Assembly (NCBI GenBank): GCA_963666835.2
Contig: CAXXGO010000001.1
Location: 128,001 to 192,000 of the forward strand
DNA: 64,000 nt
From: Phycisphaerae bacterium
Lineage (GTDB): Bacteria > Planctomycetota > Phycisphaerae > UBA1845
Direction of reading: 5' to 3'
In this document: positions 8,668 through 19,306 of the stretch, in pieces
Numbering within the stretch: the first letter of the stretch is position 1
Layout: every line of letters begins with the position of its first letter
Program-made: the position numbers and the translations under genes
Notes under the pieces: model-generated
Seen by the model: only the letters and a program-made list of their open reading frames with translations
Databases searched by the model: none
What the model was told of the DNA's origin: nothing

Positions 8668-9507
8668 ATGACCAAGATAGCGGTGGCCAGTGGTAAAGGC
8701 GGGACCGGTAAGACGACAGTCGCCGCGAATCTAGCGTACGTGGCCTCGCGCAATGGTCAGACGGTGGCGTATCTGGACTGCGACGTAGAGGAACCCAACG
8801 GCCATATATTCCTTAAACCGGAGATCAAACACAGCGAGCCGGTCGGCATTCTGGTTCCGCACGTGTCCGAAGCCGACTGCAACCTCTGTGGAAAGTGCGG
8901 AGAGATCTGTCAATACAGTGCAATTGTGTGCGTGGGCAAGAAGGTCCTGGTCTACCCGGAACTTTGTCATGCTTGCGGGGGGTGCCGGATGGTCTGTCCG
9001 ACCGGTGCCATTACCGAGGTCCGTCGTGACATGGGCTTAGTGGGAACCGGCTGGGCCGACTCGATCCGCTTCGTCCACGGATGCCTGACGGTCGGGGAGG
9101 CCATGAGCCCTCCGGTAATCAAGGCGGTCAAGGCGGCCGCTCCCAAGGTGGACCTGCTCATTACCGACGCGCCGCCGGGTACCTCCTGCCCGGTGATCGA
9201 GAGTATTCGCGAGTGCGATTTCGTTTTGTTGGTGACGGAGCCGACCCCGTTCGGGCTCAATGATCTGAAACTAGCGGTAGAGATGGTACGCGTTCTGGAG
9301 CTGCCCTTTGCGGTCGTGCTCAATCGAGCAGATGTTGGCGATCGGGGCGTACACGAGTATTGCGCCGCGGAGCGTATCAAGCTGCTGGCGGAGATTCCGG
9401 ACGACCGTAGGATTGCGGAAGCGTATTCGAGGGGCGAGATGATCTGTGAGGCTCTTCCGGAATATCGCTCGGTTTTCAAAGAGCTGTTGAGGGATCTTAC
9501 CTCATGA
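8668..9507 (+). CDS. MinD-superfamily P-loop ATPase with inserted 2x[4Fe-4S] domain (COG1149)
   Basis: SGKGGTGKTT, DCDVEEPN, CNLCGKCGEIC, CHACGGCRMVCP, DAPPGTSCP. Confidence 0.92.
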   Translation: MTKIAVASGKGGTGKTTVAANLAYVASRNGQTVAYLDCDVEEPNGHIFLKPEIKHSEPVGILVPHVSEADCNLCGKCGEICQYSAIVCVGKKVLVYPELCHACGGCRMVCPTGAITEVRRDMGLVGTGWADSIRFVHGCLTVGEAMSPPVIKAVKAAAPKVDLLITDAPPGTSCPVIESIRECDFVLLVTEPTPFGLNDLKLAVEMVRVLELPFAVVLNRADVGDRGVHEYCAAERIKLLAEIPDDRRIAEAYSRGEMICEALPEYRSVFKELLRDLTS

Positions 9508-10409
9508 AGGAAATGGTCGTAATCAGCGGCAAGGGTGGAACCGGGAAGACGTCCCTCGTGGCTTCGTTTGCCGACCTGGCCGGCAGGTGCGTGGTGGCTG
9601 ACGCCGATGTGGACGCGGCCGATCTTCACCTGGTTCTTAATCCGACGGTTGTTCAGCAAGAGGACTTCTCCGGGGGTTCGCGGGCGAGGGTGATTGCGGA
9701 GGATTGTACCGCCTGCGGTAAGTGTGCGGAGATCTGCCGCTTCGAAGCGATTATTGCGGAAGATTCGGTCAACGGCCAAGCGGACCGGACGTACCGGGTG
9801 GACCCCATTGCCTGTGAGGGGTGCGGGGTCTGTGCGTACTTCTGCCCGGCCGAGGCCATCGATTTTTCGCCGGTTGTGAATGGACAGTTGTTTGTTTCCG
9901 AGACTCGTTGCGGTCCGATGGTCCACGCCAAGCTCGGCATTGCCGAAGAGAACTCCGGGAAGCTGGTCAGCCTGGTACGCCAGCGCGCCAAGGCGATTGC
10001 CCAAGAGCAGGGTTTGGACTTAGTGCTGATCGACGGATCGCCGGGTATCGGATGTCCGGTAATAGCGTCGATTACCGGGGCGGATCAAGTGCTGGTGGTG
10101 ACCGAGCCGACGCTGAGCGGTCTTCACGACCTGCAACGAGTTGCGGATCTGACCACGCACTTCGATATAGAGATGTACGTGTGCATTAACAAGTGGGATC
10201 TTAATGAAGGGCTTGCGTCTGAGATAGAAGAGCAAACCCATCGGCGCGGTGGTCATGTCGCCGGGAGGGTGCGCTATGATCGAGCGGTTACCGAGGCGCA
10301 AGTGCATGCCCAGACTATCACGGAACGCGAATGCGGGGCCGCTAACGATATTCGCAGACTGTGGGCGCGGTTGAGAGACGTCGGGGATTTCGATAGCATC
10401 CGGGTCTGA
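9504..10409 (+). CDS. Second MinD-superfamily ATPase with ferredoxin domain (COG1149)
   Basis: SGKGGTGKTS, DADVDAADLHL, CTACGKCAEIC, CEGCGVCAYFCP, DGSPGIGCP. Confidence 0.92.
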   Translation: MKEMVVISGKGGTGKTSLVASFADLAGRCVVADADVDAADLHLVLNPTVVQQEDFSGGSRARVIAEDCTACGKCAEICRFEAIIAEDSVNGQADRTYRVDPIACEGCGVCAYFCPAEAIDFSPVVNGQLFVSETRCGPMVHAKLGIAEENSGKLVSLVRQRAKAIAQEQGLDLVLIDGSPGIGCPVIASITGADQVLVVTEPTLSGLHDLQRVADLTTHFDIEMYVCINKWDLNEGLASEIEEQTHRRGGHVAGRVRYDRAVTEAQVHAQTITERECGAANDIRRLWARLRDVGDFDSIRV

Positions 10410-10552
10410 GGGTCCGCTGTGCGGACCATTTGGTTTTGTGCGTTGCCGCTGTGGTCCGCGGAGCGGACCCTATTTTGAGGGATGAACCGAGGAATCCAGG
10501 GTATTGTGCAGGATTGGCCTCGGATACGCTGAATACGACTTGTGAGGATTAT

Positions 10553-11851
10553 ATGAATAACGGTCAGCCGGAAAACCGAAACGAAACCGCCTCGACCGGG
10601 GCGTGCGGAAGCTGCACCGGCGGCTCCTGCGCAACACCGCCGCGACGTCCCGAAGAATCGGACAAGGACTTCATCGAAAGACAAGAGCTCGAGCGGAGGC
10701 TGAGCCTGATTCAGCACCGGATTCTTGTCCTGTCGGGCAAGGGCGGGGTCGGCAAGAGCACCGTGGCCGTGAATCTGGCGGCCGCGCTGGCCCGGGCGGG
10801 TAAGAAGGTCGGCCTGTTGGATATCGACGTACACGGCCCGAGCGTTCCGGGGCTGCTGGGTCTGCAGGACCGCCAGATCATGGGATCCGAGGAGGGGATG
10901 GTTCCGGTCAGGCTGAACGACAACCTCGCCGTTATGTCTATTGGGTTCATGGTGGGAGACGAGAGCACGGCCGTGGTTTGGCGCGGCCCGATGAAACACG
11001 GCGTCATTCGCCAGTTTCTGAAAGACGTGGCTTGGGGTGCGTTGGACTATCTTGTCGTGGACTCGCCGCCCGGTACCGGTGACGAGCCGATGTCAATAGC
11101 CCAACTGGTTGGTTCGCCGGCCGGGGCCGTGATTGTGACGACCCCGCAGAAGGTGGCCGTAACAGATGTGCGGCGTTGTGTGTCCTTCTGCGGCATGCTG
11201 TCATTGCCGGTCATTGGGATCGTGGAGAACATGAGCGGTTATGCCTGCCCGAAGTGCGGGGAGCGGATCGATCTGTTCAAATCCGGCGGCGGGAAGGCCC
11301 TGGCCGAGGAAACGCAAGTGCCGTTTCTGGGAAGCGTGCCGATTGATCCGGACATTGTGATTGCCGGCGACACCGGCCGTCCGTTCGTCGATGAGCCCGA
11401 GAAGACCGCTGCAGGGCGGGCTTTCGGCGGTATCGTGCAGGCCGTTCTGGCTTTGCAGGAATCAGGCCGTCCGGATACCGAGAAAGCGAAGGAGCATAGG
11501 GAGAACCAAGGTATGAAGATTGCCATTCCCGTGGCGAACGGGCGACTGAGTATGCACTTCGGTCATTGCGAGGAGTTTGCCATAGTCGAGGTCGATGAAG
11601 AGGCCAAAACTATCGTCGGCACCCAGATGCACAAACCTCCCGCCCATGAGCCGGGTGTTCTTCCGGCGTGGCTCCATGAGATGGGGGCGAACGTGATCAT
11701 CGCCGGCGGTATGGGGCAGCGCGCCCAGCAGCTTTTTGCCCAGAACGACATCTCCGTTGTGGTAGGCGCCGCGTCAGAGCCGCCGGATCAGCTTGCTGCG
11801 GCATACCTGGAGGGGACGCTTCAATCCGGGGAGAACATCTGTGATCACTGA
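10553..11851 (+). CDS. mrp: Mrp/NBP35 Fe-S carrier ATPase fused to a C-terminal NifX-like domain (MrpORP architecture)
   Basis: GKGGVGKST, WRGPM, DSPPGTGD, ENMS..CPKC, then MKIAIPV..HFGHC...ENICDH; RBS GAGGA. Confidence 0.92.
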   Translation: MNNGQPENRNETASTGACGSCTGGSCATPPRRPEESDKDFIERQELERRLSLIQHRILVLSGKGGVGKSTVAVNLAAALARAGKKVGLLDIDVHGPSVPGLLGLQDRQIMGSEEGMVPVRLNDNLAVMSIGFMVGDESTAVVWRGPMKHGVIRQFLKDVAWGALDYLVVDSPPGTGDEPMSIAQLVGSPAGAVIVTTPQKVAVTDVRRCVSFCGMLSLPVIGIVENMSGYACPKCGERIDLFKSGGGKALAEETQVPFLGSVPIDPDIVIAGDTGRPFVDEPEKTAAGRAFGGIVQAVLALQESGRPDTEKAKEHRENQGMKIAIPVANGRLSMHFGHCEEFAIVEVDEEAKTIVGTQMHKPPAHEPGVLPAWLHEMGANVIIAGGMGQRAQQLFAQNDISVVVGAASEPPDQLAAAYLEGTLQSGENICDH

Positions 11852-12272
11852 GCCGCTTCAGGCGGAGCTGCGTGAGACCCGGGCGACGGCCCATTCGACC
11901 TGTGTGGTCTGCGGCGCGGCGAACCGCCGGAGCTTGGGCCTGAAGTTCGTGGCCGGTGAGGACGGCGTCGTACACGCGTCCTTCGGGTGCGATAAGGCGT
12001 TCGAGGGATACGCCGGGATGTTGCACGGTGGCATAATCGCGTCACTGTTGGACGGCGCGATGACCAACTGCATGTTCGCAAAGGGCGTCCCGGCCATAAC
12101 GGCGGAGCTCAATGTGCGGTTCAGGCATCCCGTTGTGGTGAACGAGCCGGCGACCGTACGCGCGTGGGTCGATCGGTCCTCACCGCCTTTGTACGTGCTG
12201 AAATCCGAGATCGTTCAGGGCGGGCAATTGAAGGCGGTCGGCGTGGGTAAGTTCATAAAACAGCCGGGTTGA
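11841..12272 (+). CDS. PaaI-family (hot-dog) thioesterase
   Basis: CVVCG..N..LGLKF, HGGIIASLLD, TAELNVRFRHPV. Confidence 0.85.
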   Translation: MITEPLQAELRETRATAHSTCVVCGAANRRSLGLKFVAGEDGVVHASFGCDKAFEGYAGMLHGGIIASLLDGAMTNCMFAKGVPAITAELNVRFRHPVVVNEPATVRAWVDRSSPPLYVLKSEIVQGGQLKAVGVGKFIKQPG

Positions 12273-12439
12273 AAAAGGCGCCGACAGTTCGTCCCAACCG
12301 GGGCAACGCGTGTTAGGCCAGCGTTTGGATCTCCTGACAGGCCGGCGCGAACCGCACCCACGGGCTCACGCCCTCGTTGTTCTACACATCATTCGACGTA
12401 TTCACCAACTGCAACCGTTCCATCTTCGATCTCGATTCT

Positions 12440-12585
12440 CCAGCCCGAAGGGCTCAGATGAAGTAGCCGGGGGCAAGGCCGCCATCGGCGGACGTCGCCC
12501 CCGGTGGTGCCGACAGATCCAGCCTGACCCCGGTAGGGGGCAAATAGGGTCGGCAGATGTGCGATGCGCCACCGCCGCGGGTATG
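12440..12585. repeat. REP-like palindromic cluster between convergent genes
   Basis: Short inverted repeats agcccgaagggct, ccgggggc...gcccccgg, ccccggtagggg. Confidence 0.5.
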
Positions 12586-12614
12586 GGGCGCCCGCGCGGG
12601 GGCTTCGCTAATCT

Positions 12615-13880
12615 CTACGAGGTCGCGGGTGCTGGCGCGGGCTTTTGTCGGCGCGATCCTCTGCTCGGCGATCTTTCTGTACGTGGGCGGCGTGGGCGTG
12701 AAGGACGCCCGGGGGCCATACGGCGCGGCGCCGGGGTCGGATCGTTGTCTACCGGCGGATCGCCTACGCACTGCAGGGGCTCGCAGATCAGTCGTTCGAT
12801 TGCCCGGAGGTCCTGGCGCTGGTCTGCGGTGCAGAAGGACACCGCGGTGCCGGTGGCCCCGGCCCGCCCGGTTCGGCCGATGCGATGCACGTAAGTCTCC
12901 GGCTCAGGCGTCAGGTCGAAGTTGAAGACGTGGGAGATGTCCTCGACGTCCAAGCCGCGAGCGGCAATGTCGGTCGCGACGAGCACGGGCGTCTTGGCTG
13001 ATCGGAACTCCGCCAACGCGCGAGTCCGCGCGTTTTGGCTCTTGTTGCCGTGCAGCGCCGCGGCGGGCACGCCGGCCTTGCCGAGCCTCCGAGCCACGTT
13101 GTCCGCCCCGTGCTTGGTGCGCGTGAAGACCAGGGCTCGCGTATAAGGGGTCTCGATCAGCAGTTGCACCAGGCATGCTGCCTTTCCTGCTTTCTCCACG
13201 TGATGGACCCAGTGTTCGACCAGCGGTGCGGGCGATGACACGCGGTCCACCTGTACGGGGACCGGCTTGTTAAGGATGTCGCCCGCGAGTTTGCGGATCG
13301 GGGGCGGCATAGTCGCCGAGAACAGCAGCGTCTGCCGCCGGCGAGGTACCTCGGCGAGAATCCGGCGGATGTCGGGCATGAAGCCCATATCGAGCATGCG
13401 GTCGGCCTCATCCAGTACCAGAATCTCGATCCCGGCGACGCTGACCAGACCTTGACCCATAAGGTCAAGCAGACGTCCGGGAGTGGCAATCAGAACATCC
13501 ACCCCCGCGCGCAACGCGCGGACTTGCGGACCCTGTTTCACTCCGCCGTGCACTACGGTTTGTCGTACACCGGTATGTCGACCGTACGTACGGAAACTCT
13601 CATGGATCTGCTGCGCCAGCTCGCGAGTCGGGCACAACACCAAGGCTCGGATCCGGCCGACCGGGGTTCTCGCCCCCTCCGAACGTCTGCTCAGCCGGTG
13701 GAGGATGGGTAACGCAAACGCGGCCGTCTTACCGGTGCCCGTTTGGGCGCAGCCGAGCACATCGTGACCGGAAAGGACCAGCGGAATGGCCTGGGCCTGG
13801 ATAGGTGTAGGATGAACGTAATGTGCCGAGCGTACGGCACGCAGGAGCGGCTCAGCGAGCCGCAGATCTTCAAATCTCAT
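12615..13880 (-). CDS. rhlE: DEAD-box RNA helicase (RhlE-like)
   Basis: [45 protein letters not shown]; start MRFEDL. Confidence 0.93.
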   Translation of the reverse strand: MRFEDLRLAEPLLRAVRSAHYVHPTPIQAQAIPLVLSGHDVLGCAQTGTGKTAAFALPILHRLSRRSEGARTPVGRIRALVLCPTRELAQQIHESFRTYGRHTGVRQTVVHGGVKQGPQVRALRAGVDVLIATPGRLLDLMGQGLVSVAGIEILVLDEADRMLDMGFMPDIRRILAEVPRRRQTLLFSATMPPPIRKLAGDILNKPVPVQVDRVSSPAPLVEHWVHHVEKAGKAACLVQLLIETPYTRALVFTRTKHGADNVARRLGKAGVPAAALHGNKSQNARTRALAEFRSAKTPVLVATDIAARGLDVEDISHVFNFDLTPEPETYVHRIGRTGRAGATGTAVSFCTADQRQDLRAIERLICEPLQCVGDPPVDNDPTPAPRRMAPGRPSRPRRPRTERSPSRGSRRQKPAPAPATS

Positions 13881-14257
13881 TCTGTAATACTCTAAAAAAC
13901 CCCAAGCGAAGATGTGTCGGACGCGCGCCGCGTCTACCAAAGCCATCGGTGCCTGGTCATGCTCCAATGGCAGTTACTCCACGGGCAGTATCTAAACTAT
14001 ATACGCTGGCGGGCGCCGCGTCAATCTGGCAGGGGACCGAGAAGAACGTCTACCATGACCGCTCTAGGTGGCAGAATCGGCCACGATACACCTGGGACGG
14101 CGGTTTTGACGCGGTGAATTGACCGTCTCCGAGGCTTCGCATTTCCTCAATAAAACCCGGAATTCCGCAAAAATACTCGTTTTTCTGGGTTCTTGGGCCG
14201 TGACCGGCTCCGGAGAACGCTCAACCGTCCGGCAGCATCGGCCGGCTCCGCAAGGCG

Positions 14258-14356
14258 CTATCTGCGTTTCGATAGGAAACCGAACCACACGACAACGGCC
14301 AGGGCCACGAGCAAGATGACTGCAACCAACAAGTCGGATATCTGGGCAATGATCAT
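14258..14356 (-). CDS. 32-aa single-TM small protein
   Basis: MIIAQISDLLVAVILLVALAVVVWFGFLSKRR*; RBS GAGGGAG 5 nt upstream; 32 bp after the floA stop. Confidence 0.6.
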   Translation of the reverse strand: MIIAQISDLLVAVILLVALAVVVWFGFLSKRR

Positions 14357-14388
14357 TCAATCTCCCTCATGCTGTTCGGCGGTTGGTG

Positions 14389-15363
14389 TCAGATAATTCC
14401 GAGGTTTCCGGTGCGGAACGACCCGGCGATGGCATTGGGTATTTCGGCTTCGGCGAGCACGACCCTGGCGCGGTTCTCTTCGACCTTGGCCCTGTTCTCG
14501 GCGGTTTGGGCGACCGCCATGGCCCGGCGTTTCTCTGCTTCTGCCTGGAAGCGGCGGGTGTCGGCTTGGGCCTGATCGACCTGTAGCTTGGCGCCGATAT
14601 TCTCGCCGACGTCCAGGTCGGCAATATCGATCGACAGTATCTCGTATGCGGTTCCGGAATCGAGGCCCTTCTGCAGGACGGCCTTGCTGATCTGATTGGG
14701 ATTCTCGAGCACGGCCTTGTATGTCTGGGAAGATCCTATTGCGCTGACGATGCCTTCGCCTACGCGGGCAATAATGGTTTGTTCGGTGGCACCGCCGATT
14801 AGCTGCCGGATGTTGGTGCGGACGGTGATGCGGGCTTTGGCTTTGAGCTGGATTCCGTCCCTCGCCACGGCGTCGACGGACGATCTCCCCTGCTCCAGGT
14901 CGGGTATATCGATGACTTTGGGATTCACGCTGGTGTTAATAGCGTCAGTGAGGTCCCGCCCGGCCAGATCGATGGCACACGCCTCGTTCCAATCCAAGGC
15001 CAGAGCCGCTCGGTTGGCGGCAATCATGGCGCGGGTAACTTTGTCGACGCGGCCACCGGCGAGGAAGTGGCTTTCCAGGTCGTTAACCGTCGTGTCGTGG
15101 ATTCCGGCTTTGACGAGCTGGATCCTGGCAAACACGATGGCGCTCATGTTGACCTTGCGTAGGCGCATACCGATCAGGTCGGTCATCCTCACCTCGGCGT
15201 TGCTCATGAAGGCCTGGAGCCACAACCGGAAGAATTGCGCGGCGACGAGGAGAATGAAGAAGCCGATTACGCCGACAAAGCAGGCGATAATCCACCAACC
15301 GGACCATCCCGGTGCCTGGGCCAGGGCCATTGCGTCAAGCAGACTCATGTTATTCATTGTCAT
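14389..15363 (-). CDS. floA: Flotillin-like protein FloA (UPF0365/YqfA)
   Basis: [58 protein letters not shown] overlap with the radical SAM gene. Confidence 0.92.
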   Translation of the reverse strand: MTMNNMSLLDAMALAQAPGWSGWWIIACFVGVIGFFILLVAAQFFRLWLQAFMSNAEVRMTDLIGMRLRKVNMSAIVFARIQLVKAGIHDTTVNDLESHFLAGGRVDKVTRAMIAANRAALALDWNEACAIDLAGRDLTDAINTSVNPKVIDIPDLEQGRSSVDAVARDGIQLKAKARITVRTNIRQLIGGATEQTIIARVGEGIVSAIGSSQTYKAVLENPNQISKAVLQKGLDSGTAYEILSIDIADLDVGENIGAKLQVDQAQADTRRFQAEAEKRRAMAVAQTAENRAKVEENRARVVLAEAEIPNAIAGSFRTGNLGII

Positions 15364-17252
15364 GTTCCACGGATCGCTAGCCGGGAATCCGGAGGTGAAT
15401 TGGACAACTGTGGCACCGGCCCGCTGCCGACCGCCGGCTCCAACTCGCCGCGCGCTTTCACCGGCAACGCGTGGTCGGCAGGCGCGCCGGAAGCACCACG
15501 CATGGGGATGCGGCTGGTGGGCAAGGTCGTTCTGCGCCGGATGTTCCCCCAGCGGAGGCGCACCGCCCAGCCAAAAGTCCGACGAATCGTACGCATCAGC
15601 CCCCACATGCCGAGCCACTGGCAGATTGCGTCAGCCAGATAGAGTTTGCTCTTCGGCCGAACCAGCGCCAGCAAGAAACGCACCGGGTTATAGAAATACA
15701 TGTAGGCGACCAGGATGTTGAGCTGTTTCCGCCAGGGTTTTCGGTGATGCGAGGCCACGACGTAGCTTCCGCTGAACATGTGCTCTTCGACCCGCCGCGC
15801 TCCCGCGCTCTCAAAGACCATTCCGGAAGTGTACGCTTCACCGTACAGCTTCGAGCCGGTTGCCGGCGTTAGCATCAGGGCTTGCATGCTGACCGCACCG
15901 GCCTTACGCAATAGCCTGACCTGGTTGAGCAGGCCGGAGGGTTCCGGGCCGCGGCTGAGTAGAGGCTGTTCGTCGTGGTGCATCAGCATGGGCATCGGAC
16001 AGATGCCATGCTTATGCAGCAAACGAAAGGTCTCGGTTGTCCTGTCGGCGCCCTGGCCCTTCTTCACCAACGTGCCGGTCAAATCCTCGACTCCGAGCCA
16101 CAACGCCCGCACTCCGGCCTTGCGCACGGTCGACAAATGGTCCTTGAGCTGCAGAGCATCATGTACCGTCACCTCAGTTCCCCATCGAAGACACTTGCGA
16201 AGGGGCTTACCGCTGATTTTGGTTTGGGCGAGGGTCTCGACGATATCGAGTGTCCGGCTCTTGTCGTTGAAGAAGTTGTCGTCGGCGCCGAAGAAACGGC
16301 GAATGCCATACGCCTTGTGCAATCTGGCAAACTCGTCGGCGATGCGCGCCCCGCTCTTGGCGCGGTGCCGGCGCTGGTTATACGCGGGAATCGGGCAATA
16401 GGGGCACGTGAATCGGCACCCAAGCGTCAGCACCAGAGAGCTGATCGGACTGTACCGGCCGACCCGGTCGGGCGGCAGAGCGTGTCTCGCCAACGTAGCC
16501 CTCGCGCTGGGCGGTTCGAGCAACTCGTATCCCAGCACGGGATGCGGGAGTTCATCGAGATCGCCGAGCAGACGCTGAACGCCTGTGTCGATAAGTTCCT
16601 CGGCCGCACCGGCGCCGTCGGTTCGCGCATATACCAAGCCGGGAACGTCGTCGAGAATGCCGTCGTGGCACGCCCGCATGAAGGTTTTACGAAGTGGCTC
16701 GTCTCTTCCTCGAACCGAGAGCAGAACCTCCAGCAGGCTCAACAGGACGTATTCCTCGCCGGTAACCGCCACATCCGCGGTCCACGGATCACCTGGGTCC
16801 ACGTTGAAGACGCCCCAGGGCTCGTAGATGCTCTTTGGCCCCCCGGCAATTATCAGCGGCCGGTGTTCCTGGTCGATTCGGCAGGCGTTGCGGACCAACA
16901 TATCGCTCGCGGCGGAGTGGATCTGCATGCTTGAGACCATGAACAGATCGGGAATGCGCCCGTCCAGACGCATCTGGGACGGCTGGAAGTTCCGGTTCCA
17001 TTGTTGGAGCACGATGCGGGTCTTCTCGAACCCCGCGTCCACCATCGCCGAGCCGATCGCACGAACGCCGGCCGGCGCCATACGCAAGTCGGCGTGGACA
17101 AAGGGCAGCATGCGCGTTCGGTGATCGAAGGCGCACGCGATTACGCTGGTAAGGTCGTGCTGCCCGGCGAGGTTCCGCATGCGGCGGCGCAGATCGAGCA
17201 ACTCGCCGGGTCTTAGCAGTTCATCGCCCGCAGCGCGAGGAGGGAGTTCCAT
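15360..17252 (-). CDS. Radical SAM protein with B12-binding-like N-terminal domain
   Basis: [15 protein letters not shown] (CxxxCxxC), [16 protein letters not shown]. Confidence 0.88.
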   Translation of the reverse strand: MELPPRAAGDELLRPGELLDLRRRMRNLAGQHDLTSVIACAFDHRTRMLPFVHADLRMAPAGVRAIGSAMVDAGFEKTRIVLQQWNRNFQPSQMRLDGRIPDLFMVSSMQIHSAASDMLVRNACRIDQEHRPLIIAGGPKSIYEPWGVFNVDPGDPWTADVAVTGEEYVLLSLLEVLLSVRGRDEPLRKTFMRACHDGILDDVPGLVYARTDGAGAAEELIDTGVQRLLGDLDELPHPVLGYELLEPPSARATLARHALPPDRVGRYSPISSLVLTLGCRFTCPYCPIPAYNQRRHRAKSGARIADEFARLHKAYGIRRFFGADDNFFNDKSRTLDIVETLAQTKISGKPLRKCLRWGTEVTVHDALQLKDHLSTVRKAGVRALWLGVEDLTGTLVKKGQGADRTTETFRLLHKHGICPMPMLMHHDEQPLLSRGPEPSGLLNQVRLLRKAGAVSMQALMLTPATGSKLYGEAYTSGMVFESAGARRVEEHMFSGSYVVASHHRKPWRKQLNILVAYMYFYNPVRFLLALVRPKSKLYLADAICQWLGMWGLMRTIRRTFGWAVRLRWGNIRRRTTLPTSRIPMRGASGAPADHALPVKARGELEPAVGSGPVPQLSNSPPDSRLAIRGT

Positions 17253-17255
17253 ATT

Positions 17256-17540
17256 CTAATCCCTGCCGTCTGCCGCGGTGCGCAACCTCAGCCGAGGGCC
17301 CGATTCTGTGCTTCTGACATCGAGGGTCATGTTCGCCATCGCCTGCGCCACCACGCCGTCCAAGAGCAGGACGCTCCGGCCGTCGTGGGTGAATTCCGTG
17401 TCCGCAGGACGGGCGCAGGACGGGCGCAGTCTCCAGCCACCTGTCCGCCGGGTGAATCTCAGAGCGACCCCGTCTGTGAGTTTCTTTCGAGCCAACTTTC
17501 GCGACAAGCAATCCAGCGCGTCTGCTGTTACGGTTAACAT
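17256..17540 (-). CDS. HesB/IscA-like small protein (lacks canonical A-type carrier Cys motif)
   Basis: MLTVTADA...ALRF...D..F.HDGRSVLLLD..VA..M...TLDV pattern. Confidence 0.65.
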   Translation of the reverse strand: MLTVTADALDCLSRKLARKKLTDGVALRFTRRTGGWRLRPSCARPADTEFTHDGRSVLLLDGVVAQAMANMTLDVRSTESGPRLRLRTAADGRD

Positions 17541-17694
17541 GGTTTACCATCCATTCGTAGTGTCGAAGCCTCCCGCCGCGCTGCACTCAGCTGTTCCTGG
17601 CGGGTGATCGTGCGTTCGATGGCCGCAAAGGCGATCTACGGAGTACCGCGCGGTGGCCGCGTGCCAGTCTCATGATTGCGCCAACGCTGATTCT

Positions 17695-17961
17695 CTAGCA
17701 GGCGCATTTTCCACTTTCGCCGCCCGCGTCAGATTCCGGCGCCCTGTCCTCCGCGAACGACAAGTGTGCGTCATGGTCAACGGCCTGTTGGGTGTTTCCT
17801 TCCGTGCCTCGAGCACCATCGGACGCCAACGGTGTCGGGGCACCTTCGTTGTTATCACGGCGTAGGCGTTTCAACGCGGTCCTATCTTGTTTAAGTTGGG
17901 CGCGCTCGCGCTTCTTGAACTCGCGACTACGCTTGCTACTCGAACTTCTTGGCTTTGCCAT
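17695..17961 (-). CDS. Small basic hypothetical protein
   Basis: RBS AAGGAG; MAKPRSSSSKRSREFKKRER basic coiled N-terminus. Confidence 0.55.
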   Translation of the reverse strand: MAKPRSSSSKRSREFKKRERAQLKQDRTALKRLRRDNNEGAPTPLASDGARGTEGNTQQAVDHDAHLSFAEDRAPESDAGGESGKCAC

Positions 17962-18085
17962 CTGACTCCTTTTTCTTCTTTAGGGTGGTCGTACTCAGTG
18001 ATGCACCGACTCCGGCGATCCTCCCGTTGATTCCTCGTAGTCCCGGCGGAACGGCCCGGGCCGCTTCGACAGTAATCAGCATGAC

Positions 18086-18550
18086 TCATCCGGCCTGTTT
18101 GGGTGTTTTGCCGCTTCGTTCTATTTCCGGCATCGTTCCATCATTCGATTCCTTTTCCGGTTCCTCGGGGCCCGGGTCACTCCCACTCCAGGTGGACGCT
18201 GGCACGGCATGGGCGAGCGAGAACACCTGCACCACCGTGCCGGTCGACGTGTCGACTTCCGTGGTTGCCTCAGACACCTCGGTTCCCGTGATTCGGCTGA
18301 TCTTCCGGCATAGCGGCTCGGAGGTTGTAGCGAAGAGCTGTCGTTGAAGCTCCCGGATCTGGGCGGAACCTTCGCTGCTTTGCCCCAGGGCCGTCTCGGC
18401 TGGAGACAAGGTCCCCCGTAGCGTGACCACGAGCGTGTCCTCGCTCAAGACCACGGTGACCGAGCTGGGAAGTCGCCCCCTCGTTTTCTGCTCGAAGACC
18501 CTGACGGCCTGGGCGATTCGCCGGGCCTTGCTCGAATCGGACTTGTCCAT
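18086..18550 (-). CDS. DUF2294 / MpsC-family protein
   Basis: IAQAVRVFEQKTRGRLPSSVTVVLSEDTLVVTLRGTLSPAE...ITGTEV; start MDKSD after RBS AGGGG. Confidence 0.85.
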   Translation of the reverse strand: MDKSDSSKARRIAQAVRVFEQKTRGRLPSSVTVVLSEDTLVVTLRGTLSPAETALGQSSEGSAQIRELQRQLFATTSEPLCRKISRITGTEVSEATTEVDTSTGTVVQVFSLAHAVPASTWSGSDPGPEEPEKESNDGTMPEIERSGKTPKQAG

Positions 18551-18591
18551 CGGGTCAACCCCTGTAGGTCGCAGCGGTTCCGCATCGCGCC

Positions 18592-18646
18592 AAAACAAAA
18601 AAGCCGACGCGGCCAAACACCCGCAGATGTTCAGCAACGTCGGCTT
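18592..18646 (-). terminator. Intrinsic terminator inside the leader
   Basis: AAGCCGACG..CUGAACAUC-UGCG-GGUGUUUGG..CGUCGGCUU followed by UUUUGUUUU, ~40 nt before the start codon. Confidence 0.8.
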
Positions 18647-18702
18647 ACTCTTCAACGAGCCCCCCGACATCGTCGGGTTGCCCTTCACCAAGTCATCCGA
18701 GA
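18592..18702 (-). ncRNA. Candidate cis-regulatory leader RNA (riboswitch/attenuator-like) upstream of the DUF2294 gene
   Basis: Nested hairpin GGGC-AA-CCCGAC/GUCGGG-GG-GCUC, alternative P1 pairing, overlapping terminator. Confidence 0.6.
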
Positions 18703-18925
18703 ACAGCGGTCGGACCCGCCGCGTCGCGCGCCGCGGCTCCACTCGCTACCGTTATTGTACGTCACCGGAAGGACAATGGTAGCCAGATTCACAAAAACCG
18801 AGTAGATTAATAGTTCAATGTTCAACACGCAGAGAATTCCGGCATGCGTAGGTGTCATGCGTGGCGGATTGAGTATATCTGCCGAGCAGAGCTCGGACCG
18901 CCAGTGAAACACGCTTGAGGTTCCG

Positions 18926-19306
18926 ATGAAGACACAAGGAGAGATTGAGGCTGCCATCTGCGAGGGGGTTAGGCGTTTCGAACAAGAGTTCATGGGACGC
19001 GGACCCAAGGCGATCCACTCGCACTTGATTGGTGACCTGATCGTGATTCGCCTCCACGGCGTTCTGACTGCGGCCGAACAGCAGTTGGTTCAGTCTCTTC
19101 CGACCGAAAAGGGCAGGGGCCTGCTCAAACAGGTCAGGATCCAACTAATCGAAACGGCCCGTCCGGTCCTGGAATCGATGGTCTTGGAGGTTACGGGCGC
19201 GAAGGTTGTGAGCCTTCACCACGACATCAGCACCGCTACCGGAGAGGAGATCGTGGTCTTCACCTTGGCCCAGTCGCCCCTCGTTCGCGAGAAGGGGAAC
19301 CGGTAA
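18926..19306 (+). CDS. DUF2294 / MpsC-family protein
   Basis: MKTQGEIEAAICEG..RFEQEFMGRGP...VLTAAEQQL...SLHHDISTATGEE. Confidence 0.92.
   Translation: MKTQGEIEAAICEGVRRFEQEFMGRGPKAIHSHLIGDLIVIRLHGVLTAAEQQLVQSLPTEKGRGLLKQVRIQLIETARPVLESMVLEVTGAKVVSLHHDISTATGEEIVVFTLAQSPLVREKGNR

Noticed and set aside
5967..11851. Nitrogen fixation cluster
   Set aside because: NifX-like domains here belong to the orp-type cluster; no nifHDK or nifEN is present.
18660..18690. Canonical c-di-GMP-I riboswitch
   Set aside because: Only GGGCAACCC/GGGGGGC resembles P2; the GNRA loop, GCAAAGC junction and P3 receptor are absent. Kept as a candidate new motif instead.
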